The translations under genes and the position numbers were made by a program. From contig NC_068982.1 of the NCBI RefSeq assembly GCF_001194135.2, positions 32,837,701 to 32,901,700 on the forward strand: DNA of 64,000 nt. Direction: 5' to 3'. This stretch comes from Octopus bimaculoides (taxonomy: Eukaryota). The notes beneath the pieces were generated by a model that saw nothing but the letters and a program-made list of their open reading frames with translations, had not been told where the DNA came from and searched no databases. Below are positions 39,268 to 52,848 of this stretch, piece by piece; position 1 is the stretch's first letter; each line of letters begins with the position of its first letter.

Positions 39268-41054
39268 GTAAAATTTCAGTGAACTCTTTTGTGAGGTAGA
39301 GTGGATTCAGTTGAATTTAGATGTATCTTGTTGAGTTCTTGCGTGACTTATATCCATGCATACATTTTTATGTATTAAAATATGTATTTCTACATGTGTT
39401 TGTGATCTGTTAGGTGTGCATGCACATTATGTATACTTTGTGTATTTAGTCGATTGTGTTATTTGGCGCCAACTCAGCCTTGAACGTGCAAACCTATGAC
39501 CAAGATAACGACCATCACATCCTTTTTCGGAAAACACATTCTCTGCACTAGTGTCCATTGTTTCCGTTTTTTTTATTTAGAAGGCGGAGATTTAGCTGCT
39601 TTTCTGCCACAGACTCTTTTATTGTTTTGTGATTTGTAAAACCACTAGGTAACACTCGAGCAGTCTTTCCAGCTATGACTATCCAGTTGTTTGTATAAAT
39701 GCTGCGCCTTCATTTTTAAGGATAGTAAGCGTGAATTAAGAGAGATTTAGTTGTTATTTCTTGAACGTCTTTTGACTTCATAGAGGTTCACATGTTGTCT
39801 CACTTTCTGAGTGGTAGGTTACACAGATAGTTTGTGTGGTGATATTCCAGTCGTGACCATCTTGTCTTTTTTGGCATATATTTAGAATTATATTAACTCT
39901 TAGTTCTATTTTTTTAGACTGTATGGTGTAATTTGAGAGAATTTAGCTAGTATTTCTGACATACTATGTATCTTTAAAGAGGCTCTTGTTAATTAGTAAA
40001 AGACTTAATCTGCAGTCCAGTTTAACACCCCTAATTAGCCGTTATGTGCCTTCCGTGACGTGTATTGCGCTACAACAGTTCGGATCTTGTCACCGGTTTG
40101 GCGATGTCAAGATATCCTCTCGGGTTATTTCCTATTTTAACAACCTATGAATTGTAGTTTCTTCTTTTTTCCACCTTCTCTCCCTACCACTCCGTCTCAG
40201 CAGCTCTGCAGAAGGTCACGGGTACTGCACTTCCTCTTCTGACTAAGGCATAAAATAGGGAGTAAATGACTTGCAGTATTCAATTACGTCCCTTTTCATT
40301 CCGAGTTGGTTGAAATAAAAAAGAGGATCACATATTCCTTTCATCCCTCGGGCGTATAATTACCACCAAACCAATACACATACTACACCTATGCATATAC
40401 ATGTATGTACAGATGTTTGCATGTATGTATGCCTGTATGTATGCGTGCGTGCGTGCGGGCATGCTTGTGTGTGTGTGTGTGCGTGCGTGCGTGCGTGTAC
40501 GTGTGTGTGTGTGCGTGTGTGCGTGCGTGTACGTGTGTGTGTGTGTGTTGTATGAAAAGGTTAATCGAAAGCACTCACACACTAGGAAAAAAGGTTAGTC
40601 ACATCCTGATGAAAGATCTTATAACTATTCTTTTTAAATGATTGTTTTCAAAGTNNNNNNNNNNNNNNNNNNNNNNNNNNNNNNNNNNNNNNNNNNNNNN
40701 NNNNNNNNNNNNNNNNNNNNNNNNNNNNNNNNNNNNNNNNNNNNNNNNNNNNNNNNNNNNNNNNNNNNNNNNNNNNNNNNNNNNNNNNNNNNNNNNNNNN
40801 NNNNNNNNNNNNNNNNNNNNNNNNNNNNNNNNNNNNNNNNNNNNNNNNNNNNNNNNNNNNNNNNNNNNNNNNNNNNNNNNNNNNNNNNNNNNNNNNNNNN
40901 NNNNNNNNNNNNNNNNNNNNNNNNATATATATATATATATAGCCAGCTATTAGCCAATTTGTGCTAACACGCTGTAACAAAGACACTTTCACACTTTCAG
41001 ACAAAAGGAGCGGCAACTCCAGAGTTAAACACAATTCATGATCGGGGAACTGAT

Positions 41055-41690
41055 ATGAGAAACGATGTTTCGTTTGATGTATATACCACCAAGAGGATGA
41101 TAATATGCAGAGGAACTTTCAGAACAAGGGATCAAGAAACTATGCTAGCCCTATGGAGGACACTTGTCCTCACCCGTCAGGACTGCTGTTCTCAACTATG
41201 GTTACCATACAGTGTGAATTTAATTATGGGACTTGCGGAAGCTAAGCGACGCTACACCAAAAAGATTGCATCAATGAAACAATTGGAGAACGAAAGAATT
41301 ATGATACTACTTCCTGGAGCAAAAACAGGAAACATATGCACTGATATATATATATATATATATATGTGGAAGGTGCTAGAAGGGCTAGCACAAGACTTTG
41401 GTATCCAAAGTTATTCCAGATTCCGAAGAGGACGCCACTGCACTCATGCAGAGGTACAAACCATCCCGTCTCGAGAAAGGACATGGTAGCACCATAGCTT
41501 GAGATACAAATGCCCATAAATATTTGAAACTTTCCCAAGAAAACTGAAAGATCTACATGCAGTAGGGAGGCAGATGTTTTCAAGAAGCATCTTCACTTTC
41601 TATCGCCCGAATATCCGGGATGAAAATACATGACGGCAAAAAACTCAAACGAGAGCAGCGATATCGAATGTCCTCATTTACCGAACGGCA
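41055..41690 (+). mobile_element. CR1-clade LINE 3' ORF2 relic
   Basis: RTFRTRDQETMLALWRTLVLTRQDCCSQLWLPYS...RRYTKKIASM...IYMWKVLEGL...GRHC, matching the CR1 motifs LDYCSQLWSP and IYIWKILEG. Confidence 0.85.
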
Positions 41691-42074
41691 ATCATGTAGG
41701 ACCGGCCAATGAAAAGGGGAAGACACTGCCGCTGCACAAAATGGGCTGAAATATGCATAAAAGAAATTATATATATATATATATATATATATTTCTGAAC
41801 TTCGGTATATGGTGAAGCAAATGCTTGCTGATCCCTTAATTATGTTTATAAATGTATGGGAACTTTTAAATAAGTTCTCCACCGATAATGGTGCTTACAT
41901 ACCGAAGGGCTTGGTAAAAATTGTTAATTGTTGATTTATTAATAAATTAATAAATTGATAAATCTTTACCCTTTTAATTTATATATATATATATATATGT
42001 TATATATATACATATATAATATATATACACTCACACATGTGTATATATACTCACATACAATATACACATTGTGA

Positions 42075-42383
42075 AGTCACGTAGCTTAGTGGTCACGGTA
42101 TTCGGCTCACGGTCGTAAGGTTGCAAGTATGATTCCTGGCAGCGCGTTGTTTTCTTGAGCAAGACACTTTATTTCACGTTGCTCCAGTTCAGCAAAAACG
42201 AGTAGCCCGTGTATTTCAAAGGGGCCAGCCTTGTCACATTCTGTGTCACGATGATTCGCACTGAGAACTACGTTAAGGGTACCCGTGTCTGTGGAGCACT
42301 CAGCTACTTGCACTTTAATTTCATGAGCTGGTTGCTCTGTTCATCGGATCAACTGGAACCCTTGTTGTCGTAACCGACGGAGT
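42075..42383 (+). mobile_element. SINE family C, full length
   Basis: tRNA-Val-like head (tagtggt...ttcggctcac...taagg), ttgagcaagacactttatttcac, tail gatcaactggaaccct..gtcgtaaccgacggagtg. The 3' half recurs at 51903-52083. Confidence 0.8.
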
Positions 42384-43239
42384 GAAATTTACACATACAT
42401 ACTTACATGCATACACACATACATAAACTTGTGAGTGTGTGTGTGTGTGCGCGCGCGTTTGTATTAATTCATTCGAGGAAAAGTTTAACAGTAATTTCGA
42501 AGCTATTGCCTAATGTGTGAAATGTTCTCAACGACAAATAGCAATGAATACGACCTTTATACGGGTCAAAATGCGTCCCAAACACATGATGATGAACTCA
42601 TCTACATGCTTGCTCACAATATATTCTTTTTTTGCCTATACAATATATTTTCTCCCCACGACTGTCACGCGCCTATATGATGATGATGATGACAACGACG
42701 AAGACAATGATGGCTATCATCGTCGCCGTCGTAGTCATCGCCATTCTGGTCGTCATCATCACCATGATAAAAGTACTGCTGTTAGTTCTATTTTTGGTAA
42801 CGATGGTATAAGATTCCTTCATGTAGAGCACTATTGTTACTACACATACACTGAGGTCCTAGACCAGTTTTAAGAGAAAGACTATGGAGTCGACCACTGA
42901 CATACATCAGCCCCTAACCAACAAGCATTTTACCTGCTGACTTACTCTGTTTTTCCTCCGCTTCTACATTGGCCCTTTTCTTTCGGGAGCTGCCTCTTCT
43001 CATGCCATCTCCACTCAGACATTCTGATTTATTCATCTGTCCCTCAACTCCAGACTTCGCCCTAACCTCTACACGTTGTCCTTCCTTCATAGAATGTCGA
43101 TGTTCTGAAATTCCTTCCTCTGCCTTTCGCTTTACCTTTCATCCGACACTTGATACAATACTACCAGTGAAGTTGGCTAAAAAAGCAAACAAAGTCAAAC
43201 TTTGCCGAAGCTGGCAAAAAAAGGTTAGAAATCCAAATC

Positions 43240-43620
43240 TTCATTTCGGTTTTCGGAGCTATCTTCACCTATGATCCTGAATGTTGTTGAGTAATAATTA
43301 TAAGAGTATGGATTGCGTATACAAGACTCCGAAATGGAGTTCCCCCGAAGGATCTCTCGAGTGACATTATACGAGAGGCGAGTAACTTGGAGATATAAGT
43401 GTCTCTTGAGATCGAACTGCTACTTTTCCACATGGAGAGGTCACAGCTCCAGTACTACTGACGTGTGGTTAGGATGTTGCAGAAAAGAATCGCAGGAGAC
43501 CTAGTGATAGACTAAAACCGAGATGGCTGGATAATGTCCATAAGTTCATGGGAATCCAGCCGAAAAGTGTAATAACGTTTGCTTCTGAGAGGACCTTATG
43601 GAGGAGGGGCCCTGAAGGCC
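43240..43620 (+). mobile_element. RTE-clade LINE 3' relic (second, older family)
   Basis: IFTYDPEC...RIQDSEMEFPRRISRVTL...LLFHMERSQL...VVRM...PRWLDN...ASERTLWRR, matching the RTE motifs TYG.E.W, EM.FLR.I, R.QLRWYGHV.RM and DR..WR. Confidence 0.78.
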
Positions 43621-43833
43621 CTTCCAAGAATATTGGGCGGAGAAGATGGTTGGATAAAATAAGTACCTGGGGTCGATAACTACTGTATTCGATAAAATAA
43701 GTAGTGAGATCGATGATATAATCAGTGTGATCCGCAAAATAAATACCGGGATCGATAAAAAAACAATCATCGAGTCGTTTTAACTGCTTCAAAATGTCTG
43801 ACCTTGTGCATAAAAAGAAATTTATTAACTTAG

Positions 43834-44047
43834 TTTCAAATTTTGGCACAAAGCTTGCAATTTCGAGGGTCGGGGTAAGTCGATTACATCGACCCCTAAT
43901 ACTCAACTGTCACTCGTTTTATCGACCCCGAACGGATAAAAGGCAAAGACGACCTGGATGGCATTTGAACTCAGAACGTAATGATGGACAACATGCTGCT
44001 AAGCATTTTTTTGTCCGGCGCGCTAACAATTCTGCCAGCTTACCGCC
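43834..44047 (-). mobile_element. SINE family A
   Basis: Reverse-complement body catttgaactcagaacgta...catgctgctaagcatttt...ttctgccagcttaccgcc. Confidence 0.75.
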
Positions 44048-44532
44048 TCAGAAACGATTAATATTGCTCATGTGTTATTTCGAACTGTTGCATTTCTAAA
44101 CCCTCCAGAGTGCAACACACAGTTGCCCACTAGACTCCATCATTCTGTTTTCTCAATGTTATCTGAGAGATAGAGAACAACTGCATGAAGTATCAGACTA
44201 CAAAACACTTTGAAAGCCTCGTGGAATCCAACTTCTACGTAGTGAGCACTGAACATGACATTATCAAGTATCAGAATCCCACCTACAGCATCCTTCCAAG
44301 TGCTCGTTATGTAACTCTATCATCTTCATGGTTCCCGCCACCATCATCATCACCGTCATCATTATCCTCATCTTCATCATCGTCATCATCAATCATCATC
44401 ATCGGCATCATTATCGCTCATCAACAGCATCATTATCGCTCATCATCATCATCATCATAAGAAGCACTAGAACTAACACGATTATTATATTGAAAACGAC
44501 ACCGATGATGCTGTTGGTGATGATGATGATGG

Positions 44533-44569
<37 letters not shown>

Positions 44570-45560
44570 AAGGATCATCATCATCATCATCATCATCCAT
44601 TTTTTTTTCTTTACCGCAGCTGAAATCCATCTAAAAATAAAATAAGAAAATAGTATATCGTGGTTACGATATAAGAATCTCCACCTGGTACAGATTTTGA
44701 AGAGTAAAACCAAAAAGCAAAAATAACTGTCCAGATAACACAACAGTATATTATATAGATAGAGTATTAGAAGTATTAATGAAGAAAATTATATTACACG
44801 TCGTCGTCGTAGTGGTTGTGGTGGCGGTGGCGGTGGCGGTGCTGGTGGTGGTAATGTCGGTGATGAGGGGCAAGGTATTTTATAGAAGGAAAGAAGGAAA
44901 AAAAACACCAAGTTTAGAGTGTATAGTAGAAGATAAACTAAATATTAGATAAGAACTATGGCGAAAATAAGCGCAGATAGTTGTACTAATTCTGACATCT
45001 GAGAATTTCAAAAATATTAGATCCCAGCAACACATTTTACTTTCTCTACTGATAACTTTAAGCTGAGATATTTTTTCCTCAACATTACCCTATATGTATT
45101 TCCTTTCATCCATCACTCCCTCTCCTGTTGCATCGCAATTATTTTACGGTTACCCTATTAAGGAGGTGCATTTCGCAGATTCGTGAGTTGGACAAAATAT
45201 CTTGCGGTATTTAGTTACTGTCTTTTATGCTTTGAGTTTAAATTTCTTGGAGGTCAATTTTGCTTTTCACCTCTCTGGGTTCAGTAACATGATGTATCTT
45301 TCATGTACTAAGGTCGATGTAATCGACAAGCTTACGTCTCAAATTGCAGGCCTTTTGCCTATATTAAAAGTAATTATTAGTGTTATCACATTAAGAAGGT
45401 ATATTGCGTTATTTATTTACAACTTAGCTTTATTTATTTATTTATTTACAACCATCTACGTTCTGGGATCAAGTTCCTCATAAGTCATCTTTACTTTTCA
45501 TATTTCTGGGGTTGATAGAGTAAAGTACCAGGCAAGTACTGATGTTTACACAGCTCATTC

Positions 45561-45770
45561 TACGAAGGGGTGCTGAAAAGTTTCTGGATTTGAGTAAAAG
45601 AAAATACAGGATGATAGGTTAATTATGCTTTTGTTCAACATATTCCCCTATCAGATTCGTTCACTTATTGTAGCGGTCGTTCAGTTTTTCTAAGCCATGT
45701 AAAAAGAACACGGAAGGCTGGACCTCCAGCCAGGCGTTTCTTGATACCCTTAAAGGCAGGAAATTTTCAG
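45561..45770 (-). mobile_element. Third copy of the mariner MITE (one TIR truncated)
   Basis: tacgaaggggtgctgaaaagtttctgg...; interior collinear with 8389-8608. Confidence 0.75.
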
Positions 45771-46964
45771 ATTTTGAATTTAACTTATGTCTTGGTCAAC
45801 ATTATCATTTTTCTATTTTTACTTTCTAAAGTCGATATAACGATGTTCCAGTGGTGCACTGAGGTCTATAAAATACAATTTCGTAAGATAAAGTCCCAAT
45901 CAAAACCAAACTGGTGTTGACATAATCGGCTATTTCTCTGCCTCAAATTTTTGTCCTTGTGTCTATGAAAACAGTTATTACTGTTACTACATCAAAACGG
46001 GTCATTGCAGAACGGTTTGCTTGTAAAACAAAATACTTAAATTAACCGCTTTGCACCCTTTCAGGCAAAGGCCATCGATGACTTTTCTCTACCGTTTTCA
46101 TTTCTAGGCTGTCATTTCTGCTTCTCTGCATTTCGATCTCTGCTTTTCCAGATCTACCTTAGTAACCTATATCTAGATCGTCTTAGAATATCCTCTCTTC
46201 CACTTCCCTTGTGGATCCCAAGATCAGGACCTGACGTACTATTTGCTTGCCTAAGAGAAGGCCTTCCTCTCCCAGGTCATGTTGGTTTTCTATTGTCAGT
46301 AATTCTTCTGTAATTTTGCCTTCTTTTTCTAGGTAGGTTTTTGGCCCTTCACAAAACCAGTTTCTGGGTAAACGTCATCCATATTAGTTTTGCCTCTATC
46401 TTTTGACCTGTCCAGCATGGCAGACCCTACCAAGAGCTTGCATATCGCTGGCATAGCACTCAGTGTCATTGAACCACAACACCGCAAAAGGAACTGGACC
46501 TTGTTGTGGGTAGACCAAAATACTTCGTGGCATTTAGTTACGGCTATTTACATCTTGTGTTCAAATTCCTCCGAGATTAACTTTACTTTTCATTTTTCCG
46601 TGATTGATAAATAAAGAGCCAGTCAAATACTTTGACCCGAAGTTATGCATCTGAGAATCTCACCAAAGTATCCAAGCGATTGTTCAGTTTGCATCGTCAG
46701 CTACTTTGCTTTTTGTTTGTTTGTTTTATTTTTGTACCACCCTCACAGAAACCAGTGTCCAATGTTATTTTGAAATTCGTCATCAACACCAGGAAAATTC
46801 TTCACAAGTGTCATGTTTATTTTCTTTTTCGCCAACCCAAATCTTGAAATGAAATTCTTCCTCGTTGCTCACATTTGAACTCTCACCTACGCACACAGCT
46901 TCAGATCAAATGTTTCTATCAGTAACGTCCAGTGAGTTACTCGTTTATTATTACTGGCCATTAA

Positions 46965-47166
46965 GGCAGAAACGTTAGCATGCCGGGGAAAATGTTTAGC
47001 GTCATTTCCTCAATCCTTACGTCCTGAGTTCAATTTCCGCCGAGGTCGACTTTGCCTTTCATCCTCTCAAAGTCGATAAATTAAGTACCAGTGAAACACT
47101 AGGGTCGACGTAATCGGCTAGTCCACTCCACCAAAATTTCAGGCAGTGTGTCTTTAGTAGAAAGGG
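46965..47166 (+). mobile_element. SINE family A
   Basis: ggcagaaacgttagcatgccggggaaaatg...gagttcaatttccgccgaggtcgactttgcc. Confidence 0.78.
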
Positions 47167-47959
47167 TTATTATATGCAATCTTCATTAAAACCATAATTA
47201 TTCTTATCCTTTTTCTCTTTCTTATTTTCTGTTATCCACTCACATTTGAAAATGTTTCATAAATTATATTCGATTAAATCATTTAAATGTGGTTTGCATA
47301 ATGATTTTTAACCGCTTCTTTACTACTTCTACACCGTCAGCACACTCCTACTAAATCTAAAAACAATAACAAACAACAACTTTCACTTTTTAGTTGTTTC
47401 AGTTAAAGGACTGCGGTCATGCTGGAGCCCCGCCTTGAAGGGTTTAGTTAAACAAATCGATCCCACTATTACTTATTTTGTCGCTTACTTTTGACGAACT
47501 GCTAAATTACGGGGACGCAAACACACCAACACCGGTTGTCAAGCAGACACACATAGTTACTTGTAACCTAATACAATAAAGTGTTTCCTGAGTATCCGTT
47601 GTGGTTGAGCATCCACATGCCCTTGGAACACCTATTACAGGGCTCTAAGCAACCATAATGAAGAAACGCGCGTGTAAATTATAATATAAAATTGTTTATC
47701 CGTATTTTGCCTATATATATATACATGTTACAATGAAGTAGAGAAATTTGAAAAGACAACACGAAACCGGTTATTTCTCCAAATACAATGTTTATATACC
47801 AAAAAAAATTTATAACATTTTTCTGACATAATTTAAATATATACTTTAACCATGTAACACATAAGAGTGTAGTCTTTTCACTCTTATTATCTTTTATACA
47901 TCCAACCACGTGCTTTCACATACCAACTTTCTCACACCTATATATATATATATATATAT

Positions 47960-48230
47960 ATATCTTGCACGGCCTTATTTTGTTTGTATATTGTATATTT
48001 TGTTTGTATACCCACATTTGTGCCGTGTTTGTTTTTGTTACTGTCCCCAATGTTTGCTCTCTATCCTCAACAGCTTCTCGCCGTTGACACCACCGAAAGT
48101 AAGCAATATTATCATTTTATAATTAAAGGTGTGAAATTGTAAGGACCTTTTTGACGATAACTGATGAGGAATGAGCAGTGTCGAGTCTCATGTTAACTTT
48201 CCCTATGTTGTGTTTCTGTTTAAATTTTGG

Positions 48231-48300
<70 letters not shown>
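47960..48300 (+). repeat. Unclassified interspersed repeat ending in (CA)n; second copy at about 57580-57940
   Basis: Both copies share acggcc.ttattttgtttgtatattgtatatttt, aattgtaagga, tgagga/aaatgagca, and ttttg.aac(ac)n. Confidence 0.55.
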
Positions 48301-48303
<3 letters not shown>

Positions 48304-49181
48304 GCACGCATGCACACATATATATATATATACAAGACGGGCTTCTACACTGTTTTTGTTAACCAAATGTACTCACAACGCATTTGTCTGCCCGGAGTGA
48401 TAGAAGAAGTCACTTGCCCAAGCTGTCGCTCAATGGGATTGAACCCAAAACGACTTAGTGACAGAGCGAACTTCTTAAACACTATCATGCCTGCCCTTAT
48501 AATAACTAAACATAAACACTTATTCAGTAGATCATTGTGAATTGGATAAGGGTTTGCCTTTTCTTTTTGCGTTACTTTTCGAATTTTATTTGTTTTTCAG
48601 AAATTTTGTTAACCCGATATTGTTTCCTGATAATAATTACTTTAATCTAAAGATTGCTTTTTGAACCAATAAAACTCTAAGATTTATAGTTCTAACACAG
48701 CAGTAAATACCAGAGATAACTCAGCAACCAGCAACAAAGAAATCTCGATTTACAATAAGAAAATCTTTGTTCAACTCCAGAATTCATATTTAAACAAACA
48801 GCGGGAGTTTCTTTGAAGAGGACGGTGATCAAACGAGAAATAGATAAACGAGAATAAGTTAAAACGAAGACTGAAGTAAGATGAAATCCATTTTATTCAT
48901 TTATAAGTTCCTTCTTTAGTATAATTATCTAAAGATGGGTAGCATTGTCATCGACTATGGAACTCTGTAATCTTTTTTTTTTAATAACAAAAGTTCATTT
49001 AATTCTTCCGATAAATTGCTGGTTTTCTATTGCTCTGTTGTTAAGGAGTAACCAATTATATATTAAGGCTATTATTGTTTTCCTCATATATTAATATATA
49101 ATATATCAATGACAATGGAAATCACCAGAAAATGCATTTAATATCTCTAAAGATAAAATTTGGCTGAATGAATAAATTAAT

Positions 49182-49224
<43 letters not shown>

Positions 49225-49359
49225 GCAACTAAAATGAGATATCTGTCATATAGTAAATATAGGTTTATATATATTTTCAACGGTGGATGAAAATTCGCTG
49301 CATTATGACATCCCCAAGTTACATAATCTCAACATATATAATCTTTTCTGATTTAGACT

Positions 49360-50125
49360 CAAAGCCAGTCATTTTGAGGGAAGGACACAGTCAATAGTAA
49401 TGACCCCAGCACTAGACTGGTGCTTTATGTTATCGACTCCGGATGAATGAAAGGCGTAGTTGATAACACCGAGATTCGAACTCAGAACATAAAGAACCGT
49501 ATCAAATATCGCACGTCGTTTTTTCAAAACTGACGATTTTGCTGGTTCACTGCATTTAATTTATATAAGACAATGGTTTTTAGTTTAGGCACAACATCAG
49601 TCATTTTCAGAGGAGGGTCTTAGCCAATAGCATCGATCCAGTGCTAAACTGTTACGTTGACATCGGTAGAATTAAATGACTGATGCTAATTTAGGCACAA
49701 GAACTTCAGTTTCGAAGAAAGAGGGTTAATCGATATTATCTACCCCAGTACTAAGCGGGTACTTTATTTTACCAACCCTGAAAGAATGAAAGTAAAGCTG
49801 ACCTCCACGAGATTTGAATTTGGAATGTAAAGACCCAGAACAAATACGACATACAATTCTTCGACATAATTAACAATTCTGCCTTTAACGTATATAAAAT
49901 AATTCTGCCTTTAACGTATATAGTTCTTTTTAATTATGGCACAAGGCAATTTTGACGGTGGGGGTAAGTTGATTACAACAACTTCAGTACTTGATTGATA
50001 CTTCCTTTATTGATCCCGAGAGGATGAAAGGCAAAATTGATCTCGACAGCAGTTGAACTCAGATCGTAAAACATTTTGTCTGATGCGCAGACGATTCTGC
50101 TAGCTGTCGCCTTTAACGTATATGA
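49360..50125 (-). mobile_element. Cluster of diverged SINE family A copies
   Basis: Several reverse-complement family A bodies (gaactcagaac, gaaaggcaaa, aggcacaag). Confidence 0.6.
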
Positions 50126-50353
50126 AATAATGGCGTTCTCATATACGTAGTTTCAATTATGTTTCACCATTTTCTGTCATATTACATTTCTGTGTTTGAA
50201 CTTTGAATATTTGTAGGCACGATATTTCTCTAGGATTAAGTTTCTCACAAAATGTCATATTTTGATGAACGAAAAATGAATGAGTCTGATCACATCTCGT
50301 TAACTTTATAAATAACTTGGACCTTTTAGCACTTGATATTAAGCTATGCAGAA

Positions 50354-50966
50354 GGCGGCAGGCTGGCAGAATCGTTAGCACACTGAGAAAAATGCTTAGC
50401 GGCATTTCGTCCATCTTTATGTTCTGAGTTCAAATTCCACTGAGGTCGACTTCGGCTTTTATCCTTTCGGGGTCGATAAAATAAGTACCAGTTGTTCACT
50501 GGTATCGATATAATCTTCTAGTTCCCTCCCACAAAGTTTTGGCTTTGTGCCTGTAGTAGAAAGGATACTATACTATGCAGAAAAGGTGAGGAACTGGCAG
50601 AACGGTTAGCAGGTCGACTTTGCCTTTTATCCTTTCGAGGTTGACAAAATAGGTACCAGTTAACCATGGGGATCAATGTAATCGACTTATCACTTACCCT
50701 AAAATTGCCAACCTTGTGCCAAAATTTGAAGCCGTTATTTTGCTACGCAGAAAGGCGGCGAGCTGGCAGAAGCGTTACGGTGTCAGCTAAAATGATTAGC
50801 GGCATTTTATCTGTCTGCATGTACTTAGTTCAAATGCCGCAGATGTTATCTTTGCCTTTCTTCCTTTCGAGGTTGATGAAATGAAGTGGCAGTGAAGCAT
50901 TGGGGTCGATGTAATCGACTATTTCTTTCCGCTAAAATTGCTGACCTTCGGCTAAAATTTGAAATG
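50354..50966 (+). mobile_element. Three head-to-tail SINE family A copies
   Basis: Heads at about 50354, 50587 (internally deleted) and 50754. Confidence 0.8.
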
Positions 50967-51781
50967 GTATTATGCTATGGAACCTGATGATATTGTAGTA
51001 GTTTTAGAAGTCATGGGTGCATCCTTCACTTTTGAGATGCACACAAAGTAACGTTAACCAAGAGCAGGAGGAATAAATCGACATTTTAATGGAAGAATAA
51101 ATGGATGTCCATAACGATGCAACAGAAATCCTTCCCTTTATAGATAATTAGGTACAGGGTGTGAAAGCTGGAAACATATTCCAAATGACGAGGAGTGTTT
51201 CTATATGCTCAAATAAACTGATAAACATAAACAACTTCAACTGATTCCACAATCTGAGTCACTGAGAAGCTATCCCTCTTAATTATTATAGGAAGTACGA
51301 AAAAGCAAATTTACGGAAAAACAGCCTCTTGAAATATGCCAGGCATATATGAGTCGCAGTAAATATATCTTATGTGATATTTAATAAACAGTTTCATTTA
51401 TGATACATATTTGACCCTTCCTTCTTTTCTATATAAAACGTGTACTTATTTTTTGACTCCGGAAGAACAGAAGGAAAAAGTCAACTGGATGTTTTTTAAA
51501 AGAGAGGATGGAAATTTAAGGATGTTTGTGTGTATATGTGTGTGTACGTGTGTGTGTGTGCATGTGTGTGTAAGAGACAGGGTATGTATAGGGTACAAAA
51601 GAAACATAATACAAAGACGAGAAAAAAAATACAGCGTGTTAGGCTAAAGGTCAGGAAATAGGGAAGAAAAAGTGGAAACGTCTTTTATATTTCACGTATA
51701 CACTCTTTTTCTGAAAGAAAGGGTAGACAGGTATAAAATAACTAGAGTAGGAAAATAAAGAGACGCAACAAGCATACATAC

Positions 51782-51825
<44 letters not shown>

Positions 51826-52848
51826 GTAGGTAGGTAGATAGATAGAAAGATAGATAGATAGATAGATAGGTAGGTAGGTAGATAGATAGATAGATAGATA
51901 GTTGTACCTGTATTTTAAAGGGCCAGCCTTGACACGCTCTGTATCACACTGAATCTCCCCGAGAACTACGTTAAGGGTACACGTGTCTGTGGAGTGCTCA
52001 GCCACTTGCACGTTAATTTCACGAGCAAGCTGTTCCATTGGTCGGATCAACTGGAACCCTCGTCATCGTAACCAACGGAATGCAACGACGACTCTGTTGA
52101 TACTTGGGGTGAATTATATAAATCAAAGAACGAAATGCTATTCTACGGTTCCAAATTTTGCTATAAAGCCAGGGAGGTAGGAAAGTCGATTGCATTGACT
52201 CAAGTGCTCAACTGGTACGAATTTTATCGGTAAAAGGCAAAGTCAACCACAGTGGAGTTTGAACTTAGAAGTAAAGAATCGTAATAAATGCCAGTAAACA
52301 ACTTGTCTGACTCACTAACGATTCTGCCATCTCTCTGTTTACTAAATTTCATTAGATGAACTGCACCAACAGACTTCACTACAACATATTTAGACATGAA
52401 TTTTTACCCATTCAGATGTTTCAGTTATACAAGTCTTCTCATCAGAATACCTGGTATTCATAACCCGAGGAATTAACTAAAATATTAATCATGTTTTTCT
52501 CGTTGTCTTTGCTTAGTCAATCCTGATCCAGTAGACCTGTAAGCAAAACATTCAAACATAGGACATGCCGTTTTTTTCAGGTAATTTTCATTCAGAACAA
52601 CAATGTCGAATATCATCTTACTTTTTGTAAGACAGTCGAGTGTAATTTGAAGACTTTTGCCTCGGAAATTAATATTACATATGTTGGTATTAGGGGCACT
52701 GTTAAAAGAGATAAGCTCTCAGTAAGCTGAGGCCACGAGAAGATTCTGTGTATCTGGTTCTAGCATGGCGTCAGTGTCAGACAATCTCATATTTCAAGCT
52801 AAGGATGGTAACTCAATCAGGATACAGATGGAGCTAGTCAGGAACATT

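Noticed and set aside
42075-42150. tRNA-like sequences (Val-CAC-like head here; similar at 9466, about 9720-9790, 28860-28958, 54647)
   Set aside because: Stems are broken and each continues into a SINE body or is a SINE head fragment; not tRNA genes.
50335-50983. Short repeat alternating with longer units, superficially CRISPR-like
   Set aside because: The long units are homologous SINEs, the short repeats are degenerate, the context is eukaryotic and there are no cas genes.
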